A stretch of 64,000 bases of DNA from an uncultured Ruminococcus sp. (GCA_964472865.1 CAYYLP010000005.1:2640-66639); one strand, 5' to 3'; positions 35,615 through 44,517 are shown, counted from the first letter of the stretch. The notes: a model not told the origin generated them from the sequence alone. Program-made: numbers and translations.

Positions 35615-35693
35615 GTTTCATTTGCGAGGAGAGTTTCACAGTTTTCGCAGAGTTTCACTTTGTATTTGAAACTCTGTGAAACCGAAATGAAAC
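35615..35693. repeat. Cluster of GTTTCA / TGAAAC hexamers with an embedded 10-bp hairpin
   Basis: GTTTCA at 35615, 35633 and 35652. TGAAAC at 35667, 35677 and 35688 (plus 35721 in the terminator stem). CAGAGTTTCA (35648-35657) pairs perfectly with TGAAACTCTG (35667-35676). Confidence 0.8.
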
Positions 35694-35721
35694 GGAGCAA
35701 AATTATCATACTTTGCCAGAT

Positions 35722-35774
35722 GAAACCGTTGATATATAAGACTTTCGGTCTTGTATCAACGGTTTCTCTTTTTT
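35722..35774 (+). terminator. Rho-independent terminator of the island operon
   Basis: 13-bp stem GAAACCGTTGATA / TATCAACGGTTTC with inner AAGAC/GTCTT, then TCTTTTTT. Confidence 0.85.
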
Positions 35775-35816
35775 CCCCAATTGCTTTGTTGCCGCTCACC
35801 TTGCGGTGTAGCTGCC

Positions 35817-35860
35817 AAAATGCAACAAGCCTGCCTTTCGGCAGACCCGTTGCATTTTTT
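35817..35860. terminator. Bidirectional terminator (serves the minus-strand dapA-family gene)
   Basis: AAAATGCAAC / GTTGCATTTT outer stem with inner CTGCC/GGCAG; A-run and T-run on either side. Confidence 0.8.
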
Positions 35861-35882
35861 GGATGTATAAGAAAAGAAATGT

Positions 35883-36809
35883 TTATTTAATAATTGCTCT
35901 GATGTCGTCCTCGGCTTTCATAACATCATCAATAATCATCTGCTGATATTTTGTGAACTGCTTATGGTCTCTGGAGCGTGACCAAAGGCTCATCGGCACA
36001 CCGACCTTATTCATATGATACTTGGCAGTCTGCGGATAAGCAAGGCACTCCGTAAACGCCGCAAGGCATATGAAATTCTGAACCTGCTGCGCCTTTTCCG
36101 GCTCCTTGTCATAATTCTCGCAAAGCCATGCATAAAGGTCGGGATGGAAATTGCCCATAATTCCCGAAAAGCCCGCTCCGCCGTTTTGAAGCGTATAGAG
36201 AAGTGTCTGCGAATTTGCATTATAGAGCTTAACACCTGTTCCCTTGAGCTGCTCAAGTCTTGCATAAAGCATATCGGGATCACAGCAGGTATCCTTAATA
36301 AAGGTAAATCTGCCTGTTGAAATACACCAATCGAGAATTTTCGGAGTGAGAAGTCTCTTGTACGGATAGGGGCACTCGTAAATACCTATGGCAATATCCT
36401 CCGGGAGCTTTGAAAGAAGATACTCCGCATTCTTTATCCAAACATCATCACCGTCATTATGCAAATCAAGGCGATTGCTTACCCATACGATAGCATCAAC
36501 GCCCGTCTGCGCCATTGCGGTCATCTCGGCAATCTGCTCGTTCATATCATCCGAGGTATGACCGGAGGCAACAACCGAAACATTCTTACCGCTCTCCTTA
36601 ACGGTTTCAACAACCGTTTTTGCAATTTTAACCTTTTCGTCAAGAGAAAGGTAAATCATCTCACTGGACTGGCAAACGGCAAAAATACCTGTGCAGCCCT
36701 CATTTATGTACCATTTCGTGATGTTCTTAACCGCCTCATAGTCAACGGTGTTGTCGTCGTGATACGGTGTTATCATCGTAGGAAATGTACCCAAGTTAAT
36801 ATCCTTCAT
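35883..36809 (-). CDS. Dihydrodipicolinate synthase / N-acetylneuraminate lyase family protein
   Basis: About 308 aa TIM-barrel pattern (TMITPYHDDNTVDYEAVKNI..., FIKDTCCD with candidate Schiff-base Lys). GGAGG RBS before ATG 36809; the track start is 36845. Confidence 0.65.
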   Translation of the reverse strand: MKDINLGTFPTMITPYHDDNTVDYEAVKNITKWYINEGCTGIFAVCQSSEMIYLSLDEKVKIAKTVVETVKESGKNVSVVASGHTSDDMNEQIAEMTAMAQTGVDAIVWVSNRLDLHNDGDDVWIKNAEYLLSKLPEDIAIGIYECPYPYKRLLTPKILDWCISTGRFTFIKDTCCDPDMLYARLEQLKGTGVKLYNANSQTLLYTLQNGGAGFSGIMGNFHPDLYAWLCENYDKEPEKAQQVQNFICLAAFTECLAYPQTAKYHMNKVGVPMSLWSRSRDHKQFTKYQQMIIDDVMKAEDDIRAIIK

Positions 36810-36977
36810 CAATATGACCTCCATTCGGGTTTTATACTGTCTCAATTATATAATATTTGCGGCAAAAAATCAATGCAATATTTAAGATATTTGAAAAAGT
36901 ATAATATTTTGTTGAAATTCACTATCAACCTGTGTTATAATGTAAATAATTATTTAAAGTATTGGATGTGATTTTCG

Positions 36978-37439
36978 ATGAAATGTCCGTTTTGCGGCTA
37001 CTCCGAAAGCAAGGTTATAGATTCCCGCCCGACTGATGAGGGTGAGCGTATACGCAGAAGAAGGGAATGTATGAACTGTGCCAAAAGGTTTACAACCTAC
37101 GAAATCATTGAAAGCGTTCCCATAATCGTTGTCAAAAAGGATAAATCGCGAGAGCCCTTTGACAGAGCCAAGCTCTTTAACGGACTGCTCCGAGCCTGCG
37201 AAAAACGCCCTGTATCCGTTGAAACGATTGAAAAAATTGTTGATGACATTGAAACAACATTACAGAATTCACTTGACCGTGAGGTTACCTCAATCCATAT
37301 CGGTGAGCTTGCCATGGATAAGCTCAAGGATACCGATGAGGTCGCTTATGTCCGCTTTGCCTCGGTATACAGGCAGTTTAAGGATATCAACACCTTTATG
37401 GATGAGCTTGCAAAGCTTCTCGGCGAGAAAAACAGCTAA
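36978..37439 (+). CDS. nrdR: Transcriptional repressor NrdR
   Basis: [18 protein letters not shown]...[12 protein letters not shown] zinc ribbon plus ATP-cone; 153 aa. Confidence 0.95.
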   Translation: MKCPFCGYSESKVIDSRPTDEGERIRRRRECMNCAKRFTTYEIIESVPIIVVKKDKSREPFDRAKLFNGLLRACEKRPVSVETIEKIVDDIETTLQNSLDREVTSIHIGELAMDKLKDTDEVAYVRFASVYRQFKDINTFMDELAKLLGEKNS

Positions 37440-37444
37440 GTGAG

Positions 37445-38425
37445 ATGATCCCCTTGAAAAAAAAAACAGGCGCTAAAGTCGCCATCGGTCTCGGAATGAC
37501 GGCAGGATTATGCTACCTTGCAAATTTCGGCTGTAATTCCGCTATACGCCGTGTAAACCCTATTAAAAACGATAAGCCCGAAACACGTGAAATGTATTTG
37601 AAGCGTGCCGAGCTTAGAAAGCAAAACAATCAAAACCTTTACGACCTCAACCCGGAGGATCTCACCTTAAAGAGTGTTGACGGTCTTAATATGAAGGCGT
37701 GGTATCTCCCTGCCGAAAAGGAAACAAAAAGATTCGTCATCTGCGTCCACGGTCACCGCAGCAACGGTCCGGACGAAATGAGCCATCTTATGCCGTTTTA
37801 TCATTATGAGCTCGGCTACAATTATCTTCTCCCCGATCTCACGGCTCACGGCAGAAGCGAGGGAAAATACATCGGCTTCGGCACCTACGATGCCAAGAAC
37901 ATTCTCCTTTGGGTAGATTACCTCATCAATCGTTTCGGTGAAGATATTGAAATAATACTCCACGGGATTTCTATGGGCGCTTCAACGGTTATGAATTGCA
38001 ACGAAATGTCACCGCCGGATCAGGTAAAGCTCATTATTGAGGACTGCGGCTTTACAAATGCCGAGGCAGTCATCGGCAACACCGTCGGAGATATGATCGG
38101 CTTCAAGGCACCGCACGTTGTCAAGCTTTTCAGCCTTGCAAGCAAGCTTAAAGCCGGTTACTTCTTTTCCGAAAGCGATCCGCTGAAGAATATGGATAAA
38201 TCCAAAAATCCGGTTCTCTTTATTCACGGTGAGGAGGATGTCTATGTCCCCTTCAAATACGGTGTTCAGCTCTATGAAGCTTGCCCCGTGCCCAAGGATT
38301 ACCTTTGGGTTCCCAACACTCCCCATGCGTTCAGCTACTATAACGCAAAGGATGAGTATGAGCAAAAAATAAAGAATTTCATCGCAAAGCATATGGATAA
38401 AGACGATAGCATTGCTTCTGCGTAA
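37445..38425 (+). CDS. Alpha/beta hydrolase, N-terminally membrane anchored
   Basis: VHGHRSNG oxyanion region, GISMGAST nucleophile elbow, FIHGEEDVYVP and a late His; N-terminal TM helix. Confidence 0.7.
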   Translation: MIPLKKKTGAKVAIGLGMTAGLCYLANFGCNSAIRRVNPIKNDKPETREMYLKRAELRKQNNQNLYDLNPEDLTLKSVDGLNMKAWYLPAEKETKRFVICVHGHRSNGPDEMSHLMPFYHYELGYNYLLPDLTAHGRSEGKYIGFGTYDAKNILLWVDYLINRFGEDIEIILHGISMGASTVMNCNEMSPPDQVKLIIEDCGFTNAEAVIGNTVGDMIGFKAPHVVKLFSLASKLKAGYFFSESDPLKNMDKSKNPVLFIHGEEDVYVPFKYGVQLYEACPVPKDYLWVPNTPHAFSYYNAKDEYEQKIKNFIAKHMDKDDSIASA

Positions 38426-38478
38426 ATAATCAAGATATATTCGGGATGCTTAGGTATCCCTTGTTTTCGGAGGTATAT

Positions 38479-39750
38479 ATGGAATACGTTAAAATGGAAA
38501 AGGATGAGCTTGAAAAGCTTAAAAAGGAGCTTGAAGCGGAATATGAGGCGTTCAAGGCTCAGGGTCTCAGCCTCGATATGTCAAGAGGAAAGCCGAACAA
38601 GGCACAGCTTGATATTTCCAACGATATGCTTGATATAATTAATTCTCAAAGCGATATGACCGCTTGTGACGGTACGGAAACCAGAAACTACGGTATTCTT
38701 CCCGGAATCCCCGAATGCCGTGAGCTTATGGCTCAGCTTATGGGAGTTAAGAGCAGCAACGTCATCATCGGCGGCGTTGCAAGCCTTACACTTATGTACG
38801 ATTACATTGCACAGTGTATGATTTTCGGCTGCGGCGGTGAGCCGTGGGTTAAGCAGGGTGAAATCAAATTTCTCTGCCCCTGCCCCGGCTATGACAGACA
38901 TTTCGGCATTCTTGAGCATTTTGGTATCAAAATGATAAATATAAAAATGAATGAGGATGGTCCGGATATGGACAGCATTGAGGAATATATCAAGGATGAG
39001 AGTGTCAAGGGTCTTTTCTGCGTTCCAAAATATTCAAATCCCGACGGTATAACCTTCTCCGACGAGGTGGTTCGTCGCTTTGCCGCGCTCAAGCCCGCCG
39101 CCAAGGATTTCCGTGTTATCTGGGATAATGCCTATGTTGTTCACGATATCAACGACACCCCCGACGAGCTTCTCAACATCTTTGACGAGGCCGAAAAATG
39201 CGGCAGTGAAGATATGTTTATCGAGGTTGCTTCAACCTCAAAGATAAGCTTTGCCGGCGGCGGAATTTCGGCAATTGCCGCCTCCGACAGCAATATCGCT
39301 CAAATCAAAAAGAGAATGGGCATACAGATTATTTCCAATGATAAGATTAACCAGCTCAGACACGCAAGATATTTTAAGAGCCTTGACGGAATTAAGGCAC
39401 ATATGAAAAAACACGCCGCTCTGCTCAGACCAAAGTTTGAAGCCGTAACAAGCGGATTTGAAAAGGCCTTTGACGGAACAGGCATTGCACGTTGGAAAAA
39501 TCCGAACGGCGGATATTTCATCAGCCTTTATGTTATGAACGGCTGTGCAAAGCGTGTCGGTCAACTTTGCAAGGATGCGGGACTTACACTCACAACCGTA
39601 GGTGCAACCTATCCCTACGGAATTGATCCCGATGACAGCAATATCAGAATCGCCCCCTCCTACCCAGACGTTGACGAGCTTAAAAAAGCGGTTGATTTAC
39701 TCTGTGTATGTGTAAAAATCGCCGCAATAGAGAAAATAATTAAAGAGTGA
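38479..39750 (+). CDS. Class I/II PLP-dependent aminotransferase
   Basis: About 423 aa; SRGKP, PKYSNPDG, WDNAYVVHD and TSKISFAGGG (candidate PLP Lys) patterns. GGAGG RBS before ATG 38479. Confidence 0.6.
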   Translation: MEYVKMEKDELEKLKKELEAEYEAFKAQGLSLDMSRGKPNKAQLDISNDMLDIINSQSDMTACDGTETRNYGILPGIPECRELMAQLMGVKSSNVIIGGVASLTLMYDYIAQCMIFGCGGEPWVKQGEIKFLCPCPGYDRHFGILEHFGIKMINIKMNEDGPDMDSIEEYIKDESVKGLFCVPKYSNPDGITFSDEVVRRFAALKPAAKDFRVIWDNAYVVHDINDTPDELLNIFDEAEKCGSEDMFIEVASTSKISFAGGGISAIAASDSNIAQIKKRMGIQIISNDKINQLRHARYFKSLDGIKAHMKKHAALLRPKFEAVTSGFEKAFDGTGIARWKNPNGGYFISLYVMNGCAKRVGQLCKDAGLTLTTVGATYPYGIDPDDSNIRIAPSYPDVDELKKAVDLLCVCVKIAAIEKIIKE

Positions 39751-41456
39751 TGAATTTGAGTAAACCAACCTATGAAGTAAGAAAATTTCGCAATTTCAGA
39801 GAGCTTTTGGAGCAAAGCGAAAAGCTTTACGGAAATAAGCCTGCATTCAAGGTAAAAAACCAAATCGGTCAAATTCTTGATATCAGCTATACCCGCTTTA
39901 AGGGTGACGTCGAGGCTCTCGGCTCCGCCCTGCTTGAGCTCGGTCTGAAGGGTGCGAGAATTGCCGTTGCCGGTGCTAACAGCTACAAGTGGTGTACAAG
40001 CTATATGGCGGTCGGCGGCGGTGTCGGCGCTGTTGTTCCGACGGATAAAGAGCTGCCCTTTGACGATATAAAGAGCATACTTGAGGTTTCAGAGGCAAAG
40101 GCAATTATTTTTGATAAAAAATTCGGTGAAAAGCTGCTTGAGCACCGCAATTCTCTGCCCGGAGACATAATCTATATATGTATGGATCTTGCCAAGGATG
40201 AGGACGATATTCTTTCTTTCGATGGTCTTCTCAACAAGGGCTATCACCTCATTGCACAGGGCTATACCTATTATTTGGATATAACACCTGCAAGCAACAA
40301 AATGACGGTTCTGCTCTTTACCTCGGGCACAACGGGAATGTCCAAGGCAGTTATGCTCAGTGCCGATAATATCTGCTCCGATGTGCGCTCGATTATGGGT
40401 GTTGTTAAAATCAATGAGGGTGAGCGAATACTTTCCATTCTTCCGCTCCATCATACCTATGAGTGTACCGTTACCTTCCTTTGCTGTATCTATGGCGGTG
40501 TTATGATTTGCTTCTGCGACGGCTTGAGATATATCACTAAAAATCTTGAAGAATACAAGCCACACATTTTAATTGTTGTTCCGCTGATTATCGAAAAGTT
40601 CTACAAGCGAATTATGAAGGCTATTGAAAAGGAGCGCGGCGGACTCGCCAAGGTTATGGTCGGCAGCGTTATTACAAGGACGGCAAAGGCCGCAAGGATT
40701 GATGTCTCTGACCTTTTCTTCGGCAAAATCAAAAAAGCATTCGGCGGCTCAATCAGGCTTATAATCTCCGGTGCGGCAGGTGTCGATCCCGAAATAATCA
40801 AAAATCTCAACCGCGTGGGAATACAAACCTTCCAGGGCTACGGTCTGACGGAATGTTCACCAATCGTCATCTGCAACAGCGACAAGGATAATAAATACGA
40901 TTCTATCGGTAAGCCGATTCCCGATGTTGAGGCAAAAATTAACAATCCGGACGAAAACGGGGTCGGAGAAATTTGTGTCAAGGGTCCCATGGTTATGCTC
41001 GGCTATTTCAAAAACACACAAGCAACCAATGAAGCCTTTGATGGCGACGGCTGGTATCACACCGGCGATCTCGGCTATACAGACCGTGACGGTCACTATT
41101 ACATTTGCGGACGCTGCAAGAGTGTCATCGTCACCACCAACGGCAAAAATGTCTATCCCGAGGAGCTTGAAAGCCTACTGGTCAAGGAGAGCGCCGTTAA
41201 GGAATGTATTGTTACCGGACGTGAGGACGAAAAAGGCAGAACCATTGTCTTTGCAAGAATTTTCCCCGATACAAAGGCAATCGGTGAGCTTTTCGGCAAC
41301 AGAAAAATCACCGAAAAGGATATCAGTTCCGCTATTTCCGATGCGGTTAAGAGGGTCAACGCACAGGTTGTCAGCTACAAGGCAATCAAGCGCTTTGAAA
41401 TTGTTGACAAGGAATTTGAAAAAACGACAACCTCCAAAATCAAACGAAATCAGTAA
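39750..41456 (+). CDS. AMP-dependent acyl-CoA synthetase (long-chain-fatty-acid--CoA ligase-like)
   Basis: LLFTSGTTGMSKAVMLS AMP-binding motif, QGYGLTE, YHTGDLGY, TSKIKR. The start overlaps the previous stop (TGATG). Confidence 0.8.
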   Translation: MNLSKPTYEVRKFRNFRELLEQSEKLYGNKPAFKVKNQIGQILDISYTRFKGDVEALGSALLELGLKGARIAVAGANSYKWCTSYMAVGGGVGAVVPTDKELPFDDIKSILEVSEAKAIIFDKKFGEKLLEHRNSLPGDIIYICMDLAKDEDDILSFDGLLNKGYHLIAQGYTYYLDITPASNKMTVLLFTSGTTGMSKAVMLSADNICSDVRSIMGVVKINEGERILSILPLHHTYECTVTFLCCIYGGVMICFCDGLRYITKNLEEYKPHILIVVPLIIEKFYKRIMKAIEKERGGLAKVMVGSVITRTAKAARIDVSDLFFGKIKKAFGGSIRLIISGAAGVDPEIIKNLNRVGIQTFQGYGLTECSPIVICNSDKDNKYDSIGKPIPDVEAKINNPDENGVGEICVKGPMVMLGYFKNTQATNEAFDGDGWYHTGDLGYTDRDGHYYICGRCKSVIVTTNGKNVYPEELESLLVKESAVKECIVTGREDEKGRTIVFARIFPDTKAIGELFGNRKITEKDISSAISDAVKRVNAQVVSYKAIKRFEIVDKEFEKTTTSKIKRNQ

Positions 41457-41467
41457 TATAATAATCA

Positions 41468-41501
41468 CCCTCCTCATAAGCTTTGATGAGGAGGGATTTT
41501 T
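41468..41501 (+). terminator. Terminator whose 3' arm contains the next gene's RBS
   Basis: CCCTCCTCAT (41468-41477) pairs with ATGAGGAGGG (41486-41495), then a T-run directly before ATG 41502. Confidence 0.75.
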
Positions 41502-41900
41502 ATGTCCAAAGGTAAAAAAACAGCCGACAGCAGTACGCTCGGCATTATAACCGGTCTTTTGATGGGTTCACTGACGAGCCTTGTTGCCTTTTTCGCACTC
41601 GCCGCCGTCACCTCTCTGATATGTCTTAAAACCGATACTGCACCCGAAATTTTAAAATATCCGGTTATGGTAATCAGCTGCATAAGCGGTTTTTTGGGCG
41701 GTACGGTCGCAATCGGCAGGATTCGCAAAAACGGTCTCATCTTCGGTGCGGCTTGTGCGGTTCCTTCCTTTTCAATAATATTTTTAATATGTTCAATTGC
41801 CAGTCAATCCGGAATTGCCGTCATCGGCTGGATTTCCGCAGGTCTTATGGCATTATTTTCCGCAATCGGCGGAATTGTCAGAGCAAACAAAAGAAAATAA
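41502..41900 (+). CDS. Small 4-TM membrane protein (TIGR04086/YrzE-like)
   Basis: 132 aa with four hydrophobic segments, Gly-rich helices and a basic C-terminus. Confidence 0.5.
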   Translation: MSKGKKTADSSTLGIITGLLMGSLTSLVAFFALAAVTSLICLKTDTAPEILKYPVMVISCISGFLGGTVAIGRIRKNGLIFGAACAVPSFSIIFLICSIASQSGIAVIGWISAGLMALFSAIGGIVRANKRK

Positions 41901-41994
41901 TTTACATTTCCGCTCCTATATGGTATTATTTAGATATAAACCAATTGAAACAATAGATTATGATTTTTTATATCTGAAAAAGGAGGCGGATAGC

Positions 41995-43632
41995 TTGTCT
42001 TGCTTTGAAGCATATCAGGTGTCATCACTTCAAAGAATTTTTTTGAACGGAGAAAACAACCTCAGCGAAATTAACAGTGCCACCGCTCTCAAGGGCGAAC
42101 GCTTTTCCTACCAAATCGCATACAAAAGCAATGAAATTTTCCTTGCGGATATTATTGTCGATTCCGAGCTAAAGAGCTTTATCACCGTCAGGACAGTCGA
42201 AAATGTCCCCTCGGAGGTGCCGATTCGCAATAAAGACCATCCACTTTACATTGAACGTGCCGAGCCGGGTCTTTTTCCCGATGTGCTCTCCCCCATTTGT
42301 GACAAGCTTCTTGTACAAAAAAGCCGCTATCATTCTGTTATGATTACGGTTGAGCTGCCGAGTAGCATCAAAGCCGGTAAATATCCCATTACCGTATTTT
42401 TCAAAGATAACAATAATGATGAGAAATCAAAAAATATTTTCACCCTTGAGGTTATTGATGCTGCCTTGCCCGAGCAAAAGCTGATTTACACGCAGTGGTT
42501 TCACTGCGATTCGATAGCCAATTACTACAATGTGCCTGTTTTCAGCGAAAAATTTTGGTCTCTGACAGAGAGCTTTATGAGAACCGCCGTACATACGGGC
42601 GTTAATATGATACTGACTCCCCTGTTTACGCCTCCGCTTGATACCGCTATCGGCGGCGAAAGGCTGACGGTGCAGCTTGTCGATGTTTCGGTCAATAACG
42701 GAAAATACATCTTTGGCTTTGAAAAGCTTATAAGCTGGATTAGACTTGCACTCAACTGCGGCTTCAAATATTTTGAAATGTCACATCTTTTCTCCCAATG
42801 GGGTGCCGTTGCCGCTCCGAAAATTATTGCAAGAGTCAACGGTGAGGAAAAAAGAATATTCGGCTGGGAAACCGATTCCTCGTCACCCGAATATTCCGAT
42901 TTTCTTAAAGAACTTTTGCCGGAGCTGATAAATGTTCTGCGTGCCGAGGGAATTGCCGACAAAAGCTTTTTCCACATTTCGGACGAGCCGAGCAAGGAGC
43001 AGGTTGAGAGCTATTCAAGGGCAAAAAATATCCTTGCACCGTTGGTTGAGGGCTTCCCGATTATTGATGCACTTTCCGACTATGAATTTTACCGTGACGG
43101 AATCGTCAGCCGTCCCATCCCCTGCACATCAAGAATTGAGAGCTTTATTGAGCAGGGCTTTGAGCACCCGTGGACATATTACTGCTGTGGGCAGGAAGCA
43201 CCGCTGAGCAACCGATTTTTCGGTATGCCGCTTGCCATAACCCGTGCAATAGGTGTTCAGCTATACAAGTTCGGTATTGAGGGCTTTTTGCAATGGGGCT
43301 ATAATTTTTATAATTCGCAACAGTCGCTCCAAAGCATCGACCCATACCGCATAACCGATGCAGGCGGCTCCTTCCCCTCGGGCGATGCATTTACCGTGTA
43401 CCCCGGAAAGGATACAGCACTTGAATCAATACGAAGTGAGGCTTTTTATGAGGCATTGCAGGATATGCGTGCCTTACAGCTTCTCGAAAAATATATGCCC
43501 AAGGATGAAATTATCGCAGAGCTTGAAAATACCTTTGGCAAAATCACCTTTACCGAATATCCGAAAACAACCGCCGATATTTTAAAAATGCGAGCAATTA
43601 TCAACAATCTGATAAAGCAAAACACAAAATAA
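41995..43632 (+). CDS. DUF4091 / GH123-like glycoside hydrolase family protein
   Basis: AAAGGAGG RBS 8 nt before in-frame TTG 41995; the track start 41797 overlaps the previous gene. WFHCDSIANYY...LTPLFTPPLDTAIGGERLTVQLV pattern as I remember it for DUF4091 proteins. Confidence 0.45.
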   Translation: MSCFEAYQVSSLQRIFLNGENNLSEINSATALKGERFSYQIAYKSNEIFLADIIVDSELKSFITVRTVENVPSEVPIRNKDHPLYIERAEPGLFPDVLSPICDKLLVQKSRYHSVMITVELPSSIKAGKYPITVFFKDNNNDEKSKNIFTLEVIDAALPEQKLIYTQWFHCDSIANYYNVPVFSEKFWSLTESFMRTAVHTGVNMILTPLFTPPLDTAIGGERLTVQLVDVSVNNGKYIFGFEKLISWIRLALNCGFKYFEMSHLFSQWGAVAAPKIIARVNGEEKRIFGWETDSSSPEYSDFLKELLPELINVLRAEGIADKSFFHISDEPSKEQVESYSRAKNILAPLVEGFPIIDALSDYEFYRDGIVSRPIPCTSRIESFIEQGFEHPWTYYCCGQEAPLSNRFFGMPLAITRAIGVQLYKFGIEGFLQWGYNFYNSQQSLQSIDPYRITDAGGSFPSGDAFTVYPGKDTALESIRSEAFYEALQDMRALQLLEKYMPKDEIIAELENTFGKITFTEYPKTTADILKMRAIINNLIKQNTK

Positions 43633-43636
43633 AATT

Positions 43637-43669
43637 AACCGAGAGCCTCTCATTAAAGCTCTCGGTTTT
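43637..43669. terminator. Bidirectional terminator
   Basis: AACCGAGAGC / GCTCTCGGTT 10-bp stem, with a T-run after and an A-run before. Confidence 0.75.
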
Positions 43670-43671
43670 GC

Positions 43672-44259
43672 TTATTTTTTACCCTTCATCAGCGGCGAAA
43701 GCCTCGGATAAACCGCAAAGGTCACGCCCACGCTGATAAGCCCCTTTGCAAATGTGAACGGCACATTAAAAATCAATATCGCTTTCCAAAGGGAATCCAC
43801 GCTCGGTAAAATTGCTTGATACATTCCGAGTATCGCCTCCTCGGGCAGAAGCAGCTTTATATATATCGGATAAACAAGGAAAAAATTTATAAAAAAACAC
43901 ATAACCGCCATCGCAAAATCTCCTGCCATAGCTCCGATAAAAGCAGACTTACGGTTGTGACGGTATTTATAAAAAAGACCGGCAACAAGCACAAAAACCG
44001 CACCGTGGATGAAATTTGAAAGCTCTCCGACGCAAAAGGTTGAGCTGAACGGCAAATGTATCAGGTTCTTCAAAAAGCAAACCGCAACGCCGCAGCCGGG
44101 ACCAAACGCAAACGTCGTAATCAGCGCCGGCAATTCGGAAACATCAAGCTTGATAAAGGACGGAATTATCGGCACGGAAATTTCAATGAACATCAGCACT
44201 GCCGCCAACGCCGACATAATTGCCGTGACTGTTAATTTTCTGAGCTGTACGGATTTCAT
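43672..44259 (-). CDS. ribU: ECF-transporter S component for riboflavin (RibU-like)
   Basis: About 195 aa, 5-6 TM segments, FIKLDVSELPALITTFAFGP motif, preceded by an FMN riboswitch. Start among three close ATGs (44268, 44265, 44259). Confidence 0.75.
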   Translation of the reverse strand: MKSVQLRKLTVTAIMSALAAVLMFIEISVPIIPSFIKLDVSELPALITTFAFGPGCGVAVCFLKNLIHLPFSSTFCVGELSNFIHGAVFVLVAGLFYKYRHNRKSAFIGAMAGDFAMAVMCFFINFFLVYPIYIKLLLPEEAILGMYQAILPSVDSLWKAILIFNVPFTFAKGLISVGVTFAVYPRLSPLMKGKK

Positions 44260-44286
44260 AAACATCATTCCTTTTTAAAAAATAAA

Positions 44287-44452
44287 AAGCCCCGTACAAA
44301 ATGCACGGAGCTTTGGTTAGCGAAACCACATCTTCTCTCATCCGGACTGTACCGTCGGCTTCGGGCTCTCACCGAATCAACTTTCGTTCACGGGCTCGTG
44401 GAGCTTTCCTCCCATTACCGTCGGTGGGGAATTTCACCCCGCCCCGAAGATA
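44287..44452 (-). promoter_or_regulatory. FMN riboswitch (RFN element) with terminator
   Basis: Minus strand reads CTTCGGGGCGGGGTGAAATTCCCCACCGACGGTA...AGCCCG...GTTGATTCGGTGAGAGCCCGAAGCCGACGGTACAGTCCGGATGAGAGAAG, then hairpin GCTCCGTGC/GTACGGGGC plus a T-run. Confidence 0.9.
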
Positions 44453-44465
44453 TTCTGTTATAGAT

Positions 44466-44493
44466 ATTTTATCACTGTATACGCATATGTCAA
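44466..44493 (-). promoter_or_regulatory. Sigma-A promoter of the FMN riboswitch/ribU
   Basis: Minus strand: TTGACA (44493-44488), 16-nt spacer, TAAAAT (44471-44466). Confidence 0.7.
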
Positions 44494-44517
44494 TAGTCTT
44501 ACAAAAATTTCTTCAAA

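Larger units (their letters stand above)
30270..35816. other. Putative horizontally acquired island (no recombinase gene visible)
   Basis: Lies between the tRNA-Pro terminator and the terminator of the convergent dapA-family gene. GC spot counts inside are 21/60, 23/60 and 24/60 (lines 31201, 33001, 34021), against 31/60, 30/60 and 34/60 in flanking genes (lines 37021, 25021, 41041). Gene content is unrelated to the neighbours. Confidence 0.6.

Noticed and set aside
30270-35816. Calling the island an integrative or transposable mobile element.
   Set aside because: No integrase, transposase, relaxase or phage gene is present, and no clean terminal repeats were found. It is therefore reported only as a compositionally atypical island.
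35775-35880. Possible att duplication of the tRNA-Pro end at the right island border (shared 8-mer GGTGTAGC at about 35805-35812 and in the tRNA 5' half).
   Set aside because: An 8-mer match found post hoc in a few hundred bp is within chance expectation. It matches the 5' rather than the 3' part of the tRNA, and no longer direct repeat of the tRNA 3' end is visible.
35588-35890. 100-aa plus-strand ORF after the HD gene.
   Set aside because: It spans the hexamer repeat cluster and two rho-independent terminators. It has no RBS and a low-complexity sequence.
41797-41994. Upstream part of the 611-aa ORF that overlaps the 132-aa membrane protein gene.
   Set aside because: It overlaps about 100 nt of a gene that has its own RBS. 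An in-frame TTG at 41995 has a perfect AAAGGAGG RBS, so the shorter form is preferred.
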